NCBI GenBank assembly: GCA_964620485.1
Contig: CAZUGU010000012.1
Span: 14,573-78,572 of the forward strand
Direction: 5' to 3'
Length of the DNA: 64,000 nucleotides
From: an uncultured Burkholderiaceae bacterium
Lineage (GTDB): Bacteria; Pseudomonadota; Gammaproteobacteria; Burkholderiales; Burkholderiaceae_B
In this document: positions 9,690-22,019 of the stretch, piece by piece
How positions within the stretch are numbered: the first letter of the stretch is position 1
Layout of the letters: every line of letters begins with the position of its first letter
The notes under the pieces: generated by a model
What the model was told of the DNA's origin: nothing
Seen by the model: only the letters and a program-made list of their open reading frames with translations
Database searches by the model: none
Position numbers and translations under genes: made by a program

Positions 9690-10790
9690 TTAAGAAAATA
9701 TAAGTTGCATAGGATAAGATCCTAATATTTTGAAAAAAATTACTTGATTCTGTAATACTTCTAAAGCATGTGCTACATGTGGTTCGTCTTTATGTCCACG
9801 AATATCAACGTAAAAATAATATTCCCATTGTCCTGTTTTAGCTGGGCGAGACTCAAAACTTGTCATAGATACTTTATTTATTGAAAGTGGTTCTAACATT
9901 CTAAAAATAGAACCAACTTTGTTTGGAACAGCTAGTATTAAGCTACTTTTATCATTACCGCTAGCTGCAGATTCAATATTTCCAATTGCGACAAAACGTG
10001 TTCGATTATTAATATCGTCTTGAATATCTGTGGCAACAATTTTAAGGTTCCAAGCTGGTGCAGCTGCTTTACTAGCAATAGCAGCAATACTTGGATGTTC
10101 AGAAGCAACTCTTGCAGCTTCTGAATTACTAGAAACGGCTACTTGTGATAAATCTGGATAGTTTTGTTTTATCCATTCTTGACACTGAGCTAAAGCCTGT
10201 GAATGGGCTAAGATACTAGTAATTCCACTCATAAATCCTGATTGTGTCATTAAACAATGACGAATTGTCAATGATCGTTCACCTAATATTTTCAAAGAAG
10301 TACCCAAAAATAAATCTAAACTTCGATTAACAGGTCCTTCAGTAGAATTTTCTACAGGAACCATACCCACATTAGCTTTTCCTATTTCAACAACATGAAA
10401 TACTTCATCAAGTGATGAGCATGCTAAAAATTGCATAGAATGCCCGAAATGTTCTACAGCTGCTTGTTCGGAGAATGAACCCTTTGGACCTAAATAAGCA
10501 ACAGACATAGAACATTCTAAGCTACGACAGGCAGACATAATTTCTACCCAAACTGGTGAAATAGCTGTATCAGGAAATGGTCCTTCATTATATGATCTGA
10601 GATGATCAACCACTTTAGATTCACGATCAGGTCGTAATATAGGATCATTTTTAAGGAAAAAATGTTTAGTTTTTCCAATCTCAAGTGCTGTCTGAGCACG
10701 TTGATTTAATAAATCAATAATTTTTATATCTAAAGTATCTATGCGTTCACGCAAAGATTGCAATTTAGTTAAATGAGTTATTTTATCCAT
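9690..10790 (-). CDS. pheA: Bifunctional chorismate mutase / prephenate dehydratase (P-protein)
   Basis: It has an N-terminal CM domain (LRERID.LD..I..LLN.RA), a PDT domain and a C-terminal ACT domain with the ESRP motif. The first ATG at 10788-10790 overlaps the serC stop (ATGGATAA), which suggests translational coupling. Confidence 0.9.
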   Translation of the reverse strand: MDKITHLTKLQSLRERIDTLDIKIIDLLNQRAQTALEIGKTKHFFLKNDPILRPDRESKVVDHLRSYNEGPFPDTAISPVWVEIMSACRSLECSMSVAYLGPKGSFSEQAAVEHFGHSMQFLACSSLDEVFHVVEIGKANVGMVPVENSTEGPVNRSLDLFLGTSLKILGERSLTIRHCLMTQSGFMSGITSILAHSQALAQCQEWIKQNYPDLSQVAVSSNSEAARVASEHPSIAAIASKAAAPAWNLKIVATDIQDDINNRTRFVAIGNIESAASGNDKSSLILAVPNKVGSIFRMLEPLSINKVSMTSFESRPAKTGQWEYYFYVDIRGHKDEPHVAHALEVLQNQVIFFKILGSYPMQLIFS

Positions 10791-11913
10791 AACGATATTC
10801 AAAGTCTTTCATATAGGAAACTAAGGTTTTAACACCTTCTATAGGCATAGCATTATAAATTGACGCACGCATGCCACCAACACTTTTATGACCATTTAGT
10901 TGAACTAAATTATTTTCTGCAGCCTTTTGTAGAAATATTTTATTAAGTGAACAATCATTCAAAAAAAATGGTATATTCATTTTAGAACGCACAGGGGTAT
11001 GCACTAAATTTTTATAAAAAGTGCTATTATCTAAATAATCGTAAAGAATTTTTGCTTTTGCTGCATTATTAATAGCGATATTTTTAATTCCACCTTGCTT
11101 CTTAAGCCATTTAAATACTAAGCCCATTATATAAATTGAAAAGGTTGGCGGAGTATTATAACGAGAATGTTCTGCTGCAACATTTCTATAGTTAAAAACT
11201 GATGGACAAATTGGCAGTGTTTTACCAATAAGATCACGCCGTACAATTACAATTGTAACACCAGCGGGACCAGCATTCTTTTGAGCACATGCAAATAATA
11301 AACCTACACGACTAATATTTAATGGACGTGATAAAAAATTTGACGATGCATCGATTACTAATGGAACATCAGGTATTCCTGAATTGGATAAGTTTGGAAA
11401 ATGATCAATTTCAACACCACCAATAGTTTCATTACTACATAAATGTAAATATGATGTTTGACTACGAATTTTCCATTCTTCAACAGGCGGAACCCAAGTC
11501 CATGGTTTTTGAATTTTATGATCAATTTTTACTGATGAACCGCTATTAGCAGCAACATTTATATCTCCATATCGTTGAGCTTCTTTATATGAACGCATTG
11601 ACCAGTAACCAGTGATTATAAAATCAGCCATACGTGTATTACGAATACCTATAAGATTCATTGGTATGATAGCATTTTCACCAAGACCACCACCTTGCAT
11701 GAACATTATTATGTAATCATCAGATAATCCGAGCAATTCACGTAAGTCTGATTCTGCTTCATCACAAATCTGAATAAATTCTTTACTCCGATGACTCATT
11801 TCCATTACAGATAAGCCACTACCTCTCCAATCAAGAATTTCTTCGGCAGCACGTTCTAAAATTTCTCTTGGTAGAACAGAGGGTCCTGCTGAAAAATTCC
11901 ATTTACGCAGCAT
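10783..11913 (-). CDS. serC: Phosphoserine aminotransferase
   Basis: The track ORF begins at TTG 11940. The ATG at 11911-11913 gives [15 protein letters not shown], the usual SerC N-terminus. Confidence 0.9.
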   Translation of the reverse strand: MLRKWNFSAGPSVLPREILERAAEEILDWRGSGLSVMEMSHRSKEFIQICDEAESDLRELLGLSDDYIIMFMQGGGLGENAIIPMNLIGIRNTRMADFIITGYWSMRSYKEAQRYGDINVAANSGSSVKIDHKIQKPWTWVPPVEEWKIRSQTSYLHLCSNETIGGVEIDHFPNLSNSGIPDVPLVIDASSNFLSRPLNISRVGLLFACAQKNAGPAGVTIVIVRRDLIGKTLPICPSVFNYRNVAAEHSRYNTPPTFSIYIMGLVFKWLKKQGGIKNIAINNAAKAKILYDYLDNSTFYKNLVHTPVRSKMNIPFFLNDCSLNKIFLQKAAENNLVQLNGHKSVGGMRASIYNAMPIEGVKTLVSYMKDFEYRYG

Positions 11914-11987
11914 AGAAAACCTATTATAAAATTTAATCAATTTCTAATTTTTACACTGAATAAACACATGATTATTGTAATCAATGC

Positions 11988-14591
11988 TTAATGATTTGGT
12001 AAATAGATATTCTTATTAAGAGAATTATCAATAGTTCTTTCAGCTACACGACGAACACCCGATACTGTATTATTATCATCAAGATTAATTAAAATTACTC
12101 CTTGTGTTACACGACCCATTTCACGGATTTCAACAACACGTGTTCGAACTAAAGTTCCTCTGGTTGTTATTAAAATTATTTCATCTGATGGTATAACAAG
12201 AACTGCTCCAACTAACTTTCCATTGCGTGGTGTAATCTGCATTGCTATCATACCTTTTGTACCTCTACCATGTCGTGCAAACTTGGAAATTGATGTCCGC
12301 TTTCCAAATCCATTTTCAGTGGTTGTTAGTACACTTTGTTTTTCATCTTTAGCGACTAATAAAGAAATAATAATAGTGTTCTTCTCAAGAATCATACCAC
12401 GCACCCCACGTGCATTTCTTCCTACAGGCCTAACATTATTTTCGTTGAACCGAACGGTTTTTCCTGCATCAGAAAACAACATCACATCATATTTACCATC
12501 TGTTAAATCTGCACCAACCAAATAATCTCCATCATCCAATTCAACCGCAATAATTCCCGTTTTGCGAGGATTAGAAAAATCGGAAAGAGGTGTTTTCTTG
12601 ACTATTCCACGTGCAGTTACCATAAATACATAATAATCTTCACGAAACTCTTTGACAATTAAAACTGCAGTAATTTTCTCATCGTGCTCTAATGGAAACA
12701 TATTTACAATAGGACGCCCACGTGAAATTCTAGTCCCTCTCGGGATTTCCCATACTTTAAGCCAATAAACTCTACCATAATTTGAAAAACATAGTAAGAA
12801 ATCATGTGTATTAGAAACAAATAGTTGTTCAATCCAATCATCTTCTCTAATTGCAATTGCTTTTTTACCTCGACCACCGCGCTTTTGAGAGCTATATTCA
12901 GACAATGGCTGACTCTTCAAATAACCTGAATATGATAACGTCACAACCATATCAACAGGAGTTATGAAATCTTCTGCATCGAATTCAGTAGTATGATATT
13001 CAATATTGGATCTTCGTAAGTTTTTTTTGTCAGATAGAAATTCTGCTTTAATTTCTTGAAGTTCTTTCACTATAATATCATTAATACGTTGTGAACAATT
13101 GAGGATTGATTGAAGATTTTTAATTTTTAATACTATGTCTCTATACTCACTAATAATTTTACTTTGTTCCAATGCTGTTAATCTTTGGAAACGCATATTC
13201 AAAATTTCTTGCACTTGTATATCACTTAATTGATATTTTCCAGTTAATTTTAATCCAGAAGAAATACCATCAATTTGATTAATGGTTGATATTGAACTGT
13301 TATCAGCATGAACTGACATTTCATTTACTAATGGTGAATCCCAGGGAAATGACATCAGTTTTTTACGAGCTATTAATGGATTAGAAGCCATTTTAATAAT
13401 TGGAATAAAACTATCAATATTTGTTAAAGCAGTAGCTAATCCTTCCAAGATATGGCAACGTTCACATGACTTATTCAATTGAAAAACAGTGCGTCTTGTT
13501 ACTATCTCACGACGATGTTCTAAGAAAAGATCTATCATTTGTTTTAGATTTAATAATCTAGGTTGGCCATCTACCAGCGCTACTAAATTCATACTAAATG
13601 CATCTTGCAGCTGTGTATGTTTATATAGATTGTTGAGGACAACATCTGGTATCTGATCTCGCTTTAATTCAATTACCAAACGAATGCCATCTTTATCAGA
13701 TTCATCACGTATATCTGAAATACCTTCTATTTTTTTATTATTGATTAAATCAACAATACGTTCTTGTAAATTTACTTTATTTACTTGAAATGGAATAGAA
13801 TCAATAATGATTGCTTGACGATTACTTTTTTCAATATTTTCAATATGTGTATTTGCACGTATAATAACTCGACCTTTCCCTGTTCGATATCCTTCCCGAG
13901 CACCTGATATTCCATAAATAGTACCTCCAGTAGGAAAATCAGGAGCAGGAATTATCTTTATAAGTTCATCAATTGAACATTTCGAATTATTCAAATAATA
14001 TAGACAGCCATCTATTACTTCTTCTAAATTGTGTGGTGGAATATTCGTAGCCATTCCAACAGCTATTCCTGAGCTTCCATTTACTAATAGATTTGGAAAT
14101 CTAGAAGGCAAAATTAATGGTTCCATTTCACTATTATCATAGTTAGGACCAAAATTAACAGTTTCTTGATCAATATCAGATAAGAGTTCATGAGCAATTT
14201 TAGAAAGCCGAACTTCGGTATATCGCATAGCAGCAGCGTTATCTCCGTCAATAGATCCAAAATTACCTTGCCCATCTATCAACATATATCTCATCGAAAA
14301 ATCTTGAGCCATTCGAACAATTGCATCATATACTGATTGATCTCCATGAGGATGATATTTACCAATCACATCACCAACAACGCGAGCTGATTTTTTATAC
14401 GTTCGGTTCCAATAATTATTCAATTCATACATTGCAAATAATATGCGTCGATGAACAGGTTTAAGACCATCACGTACATCTGGAAGAGCTCGCCCGATGA
14501 TTACACTCATAGCATAATCAAGATAACTGCGATGCATTTCATCTTCCAGTGATATTGGAAGAGTTTCCTTTGAAAAGGAATGTTTATTCAT
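11988..14591 (-). CDS. gyrA: DNA gyrase subunit A
   Basis: 867 aa with ATG start. The QRDR region [17 protein letters not shown], the active-site AAMRYTE and C-terminal beta-pinwheel repeats are present. Confidence 0.97.
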   Translation of the reverse strand: MNKHSFSKETLPISLEDEMHRSYLDYAMSVIIGRALPDVRDGLKPVHRRILFAMYELNNYWNRTYKKSARVVGDVIGKYHPHGDQSVYDAIVRMAQDFSMRYMLIDGQGNFGSIDGDNAAAMRYTEVRLSKIAHELLSDIDQETVNFGPNYDNSEMEPLILPSRFPNLLVNGSSGIAVGMATNIPPHNLEEVIDGCLYYLNNSKCSIDELIKIIPAPDFPTGGTIYGISGAREGYRTGKGRVIIRANTHIENIEKSNRQAIIIDSIPFQVNKVNLQERIVDLINNKKIEGISDIRDESDKDGIRLVIELKRDQIPDVVLNNLYKHTQLQDAFSMNLVALVDGQPRLLNLKQMIDLFLEHRREIVTRRTVFQLNKSCERCHILEGLATALTNIDSFIPIIKMASNPLIARKKLMSFPWDSPLVNEMSVHADNSSISTINQIDGISSGLKLTGKYQLSDIQVQEILNMRFQRLTALEQSKIISEYRDIVLKIKNLQSILNCSQRINDIIVKELQEIKAEFLSDKKNLRRSNIEYHTTEFDAEDFITPVDMVVTLSYSGYLKSQPLSEYSSQKRGGRGKKAIAIREDDWIEQLFVSNTHDFLLCFSNYGRVYWLKVWEIPRGTRISRGRPIVNMFPLEHDEKITAVLIVKEFREDYYVFMVTARGIVKKTPLSDFSNPRKTGIIAVELDDGDYLVGADLTDGKYDVMLFSDAGKTVRFNENNVRPVGRNARGVRGMILEKNTIIISLLVAKDEKQSVLTTTENGFGKRTSISKFARHGRGTKGMIAMQITPRNGKLVGAVLVIPSDEIILITTRGTLVRTRVVEIREMGRVTQGVILINLDDNNTVSGVRRVAERTIDNSLNKNIYLPNH

Positions 14592-15187
14592 ATAAATTAA
14601 TAAAATAAAAAATAAAGTTAATAAGTTTAATAACGCTGTTTATTGTTTATGTTTAAACAGCAAGATAAGATTTGTCAAATAAATTTGAAAAATCTTAGAA
14701 ATCATAAAATTTTAAATAGATTGAGTACATATAAAATATCCTATGTTGTAGTATATAGTAGTTCAACATATTAAATTATATTTAATAATGCTTTCTGATT
14801 AAATCTAATATTTATCTATTATTTATTTCAATCTTCAATCTTTACACAAATAATTAAAATACATCAATCTAAAGTAAAATAAATAATAAATTTCATATTT
14901 AAACATGAAATCCTACAAAAAATTTCAGTCATTCAGTCAGTATATTTAATTTAGTTGATACTATGTACTTTACAGTAACAAGTTAAGTATCTTATTGGCT
15001 AATTTTACTATGTAAGATACATATCTTCTGTATTTTAAATAATGATTTTTAGTAGAAATAGAAAATCTTACTCATTTCTAAACATAAATAAGTAGATTGA
15101 ATTATCACAATACTTTTATAATATATTAGAAATTTAATTTAAAACCAAATTTTGCAGTTAATTACATGTAATGTAAGTGTAAGTAAA

Positions 15188-15946
15188 ATGATTAAAACAT
15201 CTAACTTCAATATTAATTCAAATAATATTAATTCAGATAATCTCAATATTGATCCGATAGAATTAAATAAATTCAGACATTTAGCTTCTTTTTGGTGGGA
15301 TATTAATGGGCAATTCAAACCATTACATGCTATTAATCCATTAAGATTAAATTGGATACGAGAGTCAGTTGGTAGTTTATCTGGTCTTTCAATACTAGAT
15401 GTTGGATGCGGGGGAGGGATTTTATCGGAAAGTATGTCCAGAGAAGGCGCAAATGTTACTGGGATAGATTTAGTAAAAGAATCCATAGATGCAGCTAAAT
15501 CACATTGTTCAAAATCTAATATTTGTGTAGATTATATAGAGATTTCAGTAGAGGAATTATCCAAAACTCATGCAGGTCACTATGATGCAGTGACCTGCAT
15601 GGAGGTTTTGGAACATGTACCAAATCCTGCTTCAATTATTCAAGCTTGTTCTAAGTTAGTAAAGTTAGGTGGTTTTGTATTCTTCTCTACCTTAAATCGT
15701 AATATTCAATCTTTTTTATTTGCAATTTTAGGAGCAGAATATATTCTAAAAATATTGCCTATTGGTACTCATAGCTATGAAAATTTTATAAAACCAAGAG
15801 AATTAGCAAACTTTACAAGAAAAGTAAACTTGGAACCAATAGCTATAAGAGGAATTAGATATAATCCATTAAAAGATAGTTATAAACTTTCTACTAACGT
15901 GTCAATTAACTACTTATTATCAACTTTAAAACAAAAAGAATTATAA
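15188..15946 (+). CDS. ubiG: Ubiquinone biosynthesis O-methyltransferase
   Basis: The track ORF starts at TTG 15152; the first ATG is at 15188. It has ELNKF...WWD..G.FKPLH.INP.RL and the SAM motif LDVGCGGGILSE. It is divergent from gyrA, as in other betaproteobacteria. Confidence 0.85.
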   Translation: MIKTSNFNINSNNINSDNLNIDPIELNKFRHLASFWWDINGQFKPLHAINPLRLNWIRESVGSLSGLSILDVGCGGGILSESMSREGANVTGIDLVKESIDAAKSHCSKSNICVDYIEISVEELSKTHAGHYDAVTCMEVLEHVPNPASIIQACSKLVKLGGFVFFSTLNRNIQSFLFAILGAEYILKILPIGTHSYENFIKPRELANFTRKVNLEPIAIRGIRYNPLKDSYKLSTNVSINYLLSTLKQKEL

Positions 15947-15980
15947 ATTTTCATTCTATATTTTCTTGATATCTATTTAT

Positions 15981-16004
15981 AGAAAGAAAATTAGAAAGAA
16001 AATT
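15981..16004. repeat. Perfect tandem duplication, 2 x 12 nt (agaaagaaaatt)
   Basis: Read directly in the spacer after ubiG. Confidence 0.9.
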
Positions 16005-16247
16005 GATAATTCAAACTCTTTTAATAAAATAAAATTAAGAACAATTTATCTATCATTCATAGATTTTCTATTTGTATAACAGATTAATATTTTGAAGTAC
16101 TTAGATTGTATTTATAAAATATTCATACTATAATCTATCTCTATTCTAATAGAGAAATTTAGAAATCTGCTTTTAGAGTCATGTTTTCTACATGGAATAA
16201 AATCCATTGAATTTTTGTTTTATTGCTTCTTTTATTTTGTACTAATT

Positions 16248-16627
16248 GGGGCCGATATGGATTCGACGAGAACTACAAAACAAATTAGGGCATGCCGAGC
16301 ACCAGTCAAGCTCGTTAATCTACTGGAAAAAATTTAAACGCCAACGATAAGCGTTTTGCTATTGCTGCTTAGATAGCGATAGCCATTGCTCTAATCTGTC
16401 CTTAGATTAGGCATTAAGAAATATTAAAAAACTTCTTGATGCTGCAATGTTATTAATAAGGAATCGGCTTGCAAATGAAGTCATGCATTTCAAGTTTAAA
16501 TAAAGTGACTCGCTTTGACTAAGCCTGTTGATTGACAAAATTCAGAGTTAAAAAAAAGAATCAACTATGCATGTAGAACTATTTGCAGAGGGTTTTACGG
16601 ACGGGGGTTCAATTCCCCCCGGCTCCA
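16248..16627 (+). ncRNA. ssrA: tmRNA (SsrA)
   Basis: The 5' end ggggccgatatggattcgacg and the 3' end ggacgggggttcaattccccccggctcca form a tRNA-like acceptor (with G3:U70) and T-arm. The tag ORF GCC AAC GAT AAG CGT TTT GCT ATT GCT GCT TAG (16340-16372) encodes ANDKRFAIAA. The 3' CCA is not encoded (ggctcca-tat). Confidence 0.9.
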
Positions 16628-16723
16628 TATAGATCGCTTATTATTAATTTATTATAAAAAATAAGTTTATTTTTATAAAAGCATTCTTAAGAAGAGATGT
16701 GTTTTTTCTAATCTTTTTAAAGA

Positions 16724-16906
16724 TTAGCAGCAACTAATACGACCCTTTTTATCATACCTTGCTGTTTGACGTTCTTGAAAAAATGCTGCATAGGTCATAG
16801 GTTTTTTATCAAAATGTGTATGCCGCATATGTTCTAAATAAGTATTGTAATCTGGAATACCAACCATAGATTTTAGTGTTTGACTTAAATACTTACCTAC
16901 TTTCAT
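16724..16906 (-). CDS. yjiX: YbdD/YjiX family small protein (DUF466), CstA partner
   Basis: The internal ATG at 16904-16906 gives MKVGKYLSQTLKSMVGIPDYNTYLEHMR...ARY....ISCC. This matches the E. coli YjiX pattern (GIPDYDNYVEHM...RCC) and the gene sits immediately downstream of cstA. Confidence 0.75.
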   Translation of the reverse strand: MKVGKYLSQTLKSMVGIPDYNTYLEHMRHTHFDKKPMTYAAFFQERQTARYDKKGRISCC

Positions 16907-16988
16907 TACTAGAATTCTTATTTGAATATATATCATAATATATAAACCTCCAATTTTATTGATTTAAAAATCTTTAATTATCTTTTGA

Positions 16989-19073
16989 TCAGGCCTTAAT
17001 TATCTTCTGATCAGGCATAGGTTCGTAAGGTGATTCTCTAGAAGTTGGATAATTATTTTGACGTGCTCGTATTATTGAAATAATACCTGAGATTACGATA
17101 CTAATCACTACCAACATAAAGATCCCGCATAAGCTAGCATCTATATAATCATTAAATATGATTCGATACATTTCATCTATAGATCTTGCTGGTGTTATGA
17201 TTTCGCTACAAATGATAGAATCTTGGTATTTTGCGGCATGTGACAAAAATCCTATGCTGGGATTAGAATCAAATATTTTTTGCCATCCTGCCGTTAAAGT
17301 ACAGATAAGTAACCAAACAGCCGGAATAATGGTTATTAAAACATAACGATCACGCTTCATTTTAAATAAAACGACAGTTCCTAAAATTAATGCAATTACT
17401 GCTAGTAATTGATTTGCTATGCCAAATAGTGGCCACAAAGTATTTATACCACCTAACGGATCTGAAACACCTTGATATAAAAAATATCCCCAAGCAGTTA
17501 CACATAATCCTGTAGAAATGAAACTTGCTAATAAGGAGTCTGTACGTTTCAATGGAGTAAAAAATGTTCCTAATAAATCTTGTAGCATAAACCGACCTGC
17601 ACGTGTCCCAGCATCCACTGCAGTTAAGATAAATAAAGCTTCAAATAATATTGCAAAATGATACCAAAACGCCATCATAGATTGACCACCAATCATATTT
17701 TGCAAAATATAGGCCATACCAACAGCTAAAGTTGGAGCACCACCTACCCGAGAAATTATGCTATGTTCACCGACATCCCTAGCAACTCTTTCTAAATCTT
17801 CTGGAGTAATTAAAAAACCCCATTCAGATATAGTTTGAGCAACTTCGATTGGGAAAGTTCCAATAATTGAACTAGGGCTATTCATAGCATAATAAATGCC
17901 TGGTTCTATTACACAAGCCGCAATTAATGCTATAATTGCAACAAAAGATTCCATTAACATAGCACCATAGCCAATATAACGAATTTGTACTTCACTCTCA
18001 ATTAGTTTTGGTGTTGTACCAGATGCAATTAGAGCATGAAAACCTGAAACTGCTCCACACGCTATTGTAATGAATAAAAATGGAAATAATCTTCCTGAAG
18101 ATACTGGACCAGTACCGTTTGTAAATTGTGAAACAAGATCTGGCATTTTTAAATCAGGCGCAACTACTATAATACCAACTGATAATCCTACAAATGTTCC
18201 AATTTTTAGGAATGTTGATAAGTAATCACGAGGAGCTAATAATAACCAAACCGGTAAAACTGCAGCAATAAAACCATAAATAATTAATATCCAGGTAAGG
18301 TTTTTCCCTTCTAAATCAAAAAAAGATGATAGTATTGGGTTTTGTGATACAACTTGTCCCAGCACAATAGATGCTATTAGCAATATAAAACCAATAACAG
18401 ATACTTCACCAATGTGTCCAGGTCTCATATATCGTAAATATATGCCCATAAATAATGCACTTGGAATTGTTGCAGCAACAGTAAATGTTCCCCAAGGGGA
18501 ATGAGTTAGTGCTTTTATGACAATTAGTGCCAATACAGCTAAAATAATTATCATAATCATAAAAGCACCAAATAAAGCAATTACACCTGGAATATTACCA
18601 AGCTCCAATTTGATTAAATCACCCAATGAATGTCCATCACGACGTGTGGAAATAAATAAAATAGTAAAATCATGTACAGCGCCCGCAAATACAACTCCTG
18701 CCAAGATCCATAACATTCCAGGTAAATAGCCCATTTGTGCTGCTAAAACTGGTCCTACTAAAGGTCCTGCACCTGCAATAGCAGCAAAGTGATGTCCAAA
18801 TAATACGTGTTTGTTAGTAGGAACAAAATCAAGGCCATCATTATATTTCCAAGCAGGAGTAATACGTGTTTCGTCTAATTTGAAAACTTTATCAGCAATG
18901 AAGCGACTATAATAGCGATATGCAATTAAATATATACAAACTGATGATATTAGAATCCATAAAGCGTTTATAGTTTCGCCTCGTACCAGAGCAACTGTTC
19001 CAAAAGAAAAAGCACCTAAGATTGCAATAAGAATCCAAATCAAATGTTCAATAAGATTACTAGTTTTATACAT
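16989..19073 (-). CDS. cstA: Carbon starvation protein A family transporter (peptide/pyruvate uptake)
   Basis: About 694-aa polytopic membrane protein with typical CstA N-terminal and central motifs. The track start is TTG 19079. The ATG at 19071-19073 has AGGAAGGA 7 nt upstream. TGA stop. Confidence 0.9.
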   Translation of the reverse strand: MYKTSNLIEHLIWILIAILGAFSFGTVALVRGETINALWILISSVCIYLIAYRYYSRFIADKVFKLDETRITPAWKYNDGLDFVPTNKHVLFGHHFAAIAGAGPLVGPVLAAQMGYLPGMLWILAGVVFAGAVHDFTILFISTRRDGHSLGDLIKLELGNIPGVIALFGAFMIMIIILAVLALIVIKALTHSPWGTFTVAATIPSALFMGIYLRYMRPGHIGEVSVIGFILLIASIVLGQVVSQNPILSSFFDLEGKNLTWILIIYGFIAAVLPVWLLLAPRDYLSTFLKIGTFVGLSVGIIVVAPDLKMPDLVSQFTNGTGPVSSGRLFPFLFITIACGAVSGFHALIASGTTPKLIESEVQIRYIGYGAMLMESFVAIIALIAACVIEPGIYYAMNSPSSIIGTFPIEVAQTISEWGFLITPEDLERVARDVGEHSIISRVGGAPTLAVGMAYILQNMIGGQSMMAFWYHFAILFEALFILTAVDAGTRAGRFMLQDLLGTFFTPLKRTDSLLASFISTGLCVTAWGYFLYQGVSDPLGGINTLWPLFGIANQLLAVIALILGTVVLFKMKRDRYVLITIIPAVWLLICTLTAGWQKIFDSNPSIGFLSHAAKYQDSIICSEIITPARSIDEMYRIIFNDYIDASLCGIFMLVVISIVISGIISIIRARQNNYPTSRESPYEPMPDQKIIKA

Positions 19074-19230
19074 AAACAAATCCTTCCTTTACGGAATTTC
19101 ATTTCTAAGTTTAAAAACTTTATAAAAATAAAATAGACTTTCCTATAAAATAGGACATTCATATAATCACTTCATATGCTATATGAAACCTATTATTTTA
19201 ATACTGTTTTAAGGATTATTAAAAAATAGA

Positions 19231-19270
19231 AATAATGCTCCTTAGATAAAAATAATGCTCCTTAGATAAA
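19231..19270. repeat. Perfect tandem duplication, 2 x 20 nt (aataatgctccttagataaa)
   Basis: Read directly inside the 1.29-kb gene-free stretch. Confidence 0.9.
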
Positions 19271-20365
19271 TATAAGCACAGGTCAAGTTTCTATATTTAA
19301 TCAATAAATAAAATTTGATGAAAATAGTGTTTAACCGATATATATTGAAAATCTGATCAATTATTTATTTCTTATTATTTTCCGAGGCAGTTAGTTAGCT
19401 TGATAAGCCTAATAAGTCTTATTATTCAATTTAAGTTTAATTACTTAAATTGATTTATCTTGAGATTCCATCCATCTTAATTTCAGATGAAATTTAGAAC
19501 TATTTCATGATGTTTTATAATGAAATAGTTCTATGTAGTGCGACGAATAACGTCTTCTGCAATTAATTTAAACTTATTCAAACTTAGCTCTGATAGATTT
19601 TCTATCTATATTTCCCTTTTAGGAAAATACCAGAGCACCTGGAAATAGTGATTGTTAAGTTCACGAAATTAATTATCATCCTCAATTTTTGATTAAGGAT
19701 TGATATAAATCTGATACGACTAATGATAGTTATGATTTTGCTTCTTATAGAAAGATACTAAAAATTAAATAGCAGTCTGTCGTAACCTAACAACAGGAAC
19801 ATTCACTATTATATAATATATATACTGATCATATATCATATAATAATAAAAATTGTTTAGATATTGCTTTTCTATTTATTGGAAAATTATTTCTTTTCCA
19901 AAGAATATAAATTGATTCGAGTCTTTTAAAGAGATATAAATATATGAAATTTCGATAAATTAAAATACTAGAATATGAATCTTCATAAAAACTTAATAAG
20001 TAATGAGTTTTAAATTAAGAATTTTCTAATATTTATCTTATTATTGTACATGGAGTTATATAATTTTTATTCCTTATTATTGTTTCTCAGTGAGATGAAA
20101 GCATGAATAATAATTCAATTGGATTGGAATATTTTTAGTTTTTAAAAAATGAATTGTATTAACTATCACTATCAAAGCATTTTAAAATAGAGATATAAGA
20201 CATTTATAACATTGTTGTAATTATATCTATAAATTATAATAAGGTATTTACATTGCGATGTGATTATTGTTTTTAAATGACATAATATTTACCATAGGAC
20301 TTATATCTAATTAGTTTCACTACCATCATTTCCATGAAGAATTTATTCTGAAAACTAAAAATCCT

Positions 20366-21247
20366 ATGAAAATTAGAAAAAGATTTTTTTTAATTGGACA
20401 GTACTTAGCTCCACATTATTTGATATCAAAAATATTTGGCTATTTTGCAAATAGCCAAAATCCCATTATTAGAAATTGGATGATCTCCCGATTTATTCGA
20501 AAGTACAATGTTAATTTAATAGAAGCAAAAATAGAAGATCCAAAGAATTATAAAAGCTTTAACGCTTTTTTTACGAGAGCTTTAAAAGCTAAAGCCAGAA
20601 TTATAGATGATGATCCAAATTGTGTTACTTGTCCAGCTGATGGTATCATTAGTCAATTTGGAAAAATTGATTGTGGATATATTTTTGAAGCAAAAGGTCA
20701 TAAATATAATATAACAGAATTATTGGGTGGTAATTTAGAACGTTCCAAACCATTTTTCGGTGGAGATTTTTTTACAATTTATATTGCTCCAGAAAATTAT
20801 CATCGTATACACATGCCAGTTAGTGGCATTTTAAAGGAAATGGTCTATATTCCAGGTCAATTATTTTCTGTTAATCCATTTACAGCTCAATACGTTCCAA
20901 ATCTTTTTGCCAGAAATAAAAGAATAGTTTGTTTATTCAGAACAGAATTTGGTTTAATGGCTATCATTTTAATAGGAGCTATGCTTGTTTCATCAATAGA
21001 GACTGTGTGGGCTGGAACAGTAATTCCACCAAGAGATATTATTCATTCAACACATTATGATATCTCAAATTCTGATTCTAAAATTCAATTAAAGAAGGGA
21101 GAAGAAATGGGTCGATTCCAGTTAGGCTCAACAGTTATTGTATTATTTGAACCTAATAAAATTTATTGGAAAAAGAATTATTCTATTAGCGATCCAGTTT
21201 ACATGGGAAAAACACTTGCTGTATTGACAGACTTAACTAATTTTTAG
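20366..21247 (+). CDS. psd: Phosphatidylserine decarboxylase proenzyme
   Basis: 293 aa with ATG start. It has the LGST self-cleavage motif (FQLGSTVIVLF) and the YHRIHMP motif. Confidence 0.9.
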   Translation: MKIRKRFFLIGQYLAPHYLISKIFGYFANSQNPIIRNWMISRFIRKYNVNLIEAKIEDPKNYKSFNAFFTRALKAKARIIDDDPNCVTCPADGIISQFGKIDCGYIFEAKGHKYNITELLGGNLERSKPFFGGDFFTIYIAPENYHRIHMPVSGILKEMVYIPGQLFSVNPFTAQYVPNLFARNKRIVCLFRTEFGLMAIILIGAMLVSSIETVWAGTVIPPRDIIHSTHYDISNSDSKIQLKKGEEMGRFQLGSTVIVLFEPNKIYWKKNYSISDPVYMGKTLAVLTDLTNF

Positions 21248-21311
21248 ATTGATACAATCATCTCATTCAAATATATTGTGTACTTTTTATTTATGATCTG
21301 ACTTTTATTTA

Positions 21312-22013
21312 TCATTTGCCCAAATATACTTGTCGTATTTTGTTATTGAGTAACAAATTACGACAAGTATCTTGGAAAACTATACGACCATTCTCAATAA
21401 CATAACCACGATCAGCAATTCCTAATGCTTTGTTTGCGTTTTGTTCAACTAAAAGAACCGTTATACCTTGTTCGCGTATAGTGTTAATAATATTGAAAAT
21501 ATGACTGATAATAAGTGGCGCTAAACCTAGTGTGGGTTCATCAAGTAGTAACAAACGTGGATTAGTCATAAGGGCTCGGCCAATTGCTAACATTTGCTGT
21601 TCTCCACCAGACATTAAACCAGCTATTTGATTTTTTCTTTCTTTTAAAAGAGGAAATAAATTATATATATGGTTTATATTTTTATTAATTTCATGTCTTT
21701 TCAAGAAAAACCCACCTATCATTAGATTTTCGTTAACAGTTAACTCTTTGAAGATTCTGCGGCCTTCTGGAGAGATAGCTATACCATTTTGCATAATTGT
21801 ATGTGTACTTTTAAAAGTAATGTCTTTTCCGTCAAAAAGTACGTATCCTTTCTTAGCTTGCGGATTTCCACAGATAGTCATTAACAAAGTCGTTTTCCCA
21901 GCACCATTAGATCCTATTAAAGTTACTATTTCACCTTGATCAACATTAATAGTTATATTGTTTAAAACTCGAATAGCACCATAATAAGTATAGATATTTT
22001 CTAATCTCAGCAT
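21312..22013 (-). CDS. livF: Branched-chain amino acid ABC transporter, ATP-binding protein
   Basis: 233 aa with Walker A GSNGAGKTT, signature SGGEQQ and Walker B LLLLDEP. It is last in the livHMGF order. Confidence 0.85.
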   Translation of the reverse strand: MLRLENIYTYYGAIRVLNNITINVDQGEIVTLIGSNGAGKTTLLMTICGNPQAKKGYVLFDGKDITFKSTHTIMQNGIAISPEGRRIFKELTVNENLMIGGFFLKRHEINKNINHIYNLFPLLKERKNQIAGLMSGGEQQMLAIGRALMTNPRLLLLDEPTLGLAPLIISHIFNIINTIREQGITVLLVEQNANKALGIADRGYVIENGRIVFQDTCRNLLLNNKIRQVYLGK

Positions 22014-22019
22014 ATTTTA

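Noticed and set aside
16989-16991. Possible UGA reassignment (as in some tiny symbiont genomes).
   Set aside because: TGA terminates cstA, aapQ and grxD at the expected protein ends. Trp residues I checked are TGG, and all conserved genes read through with the standard code.
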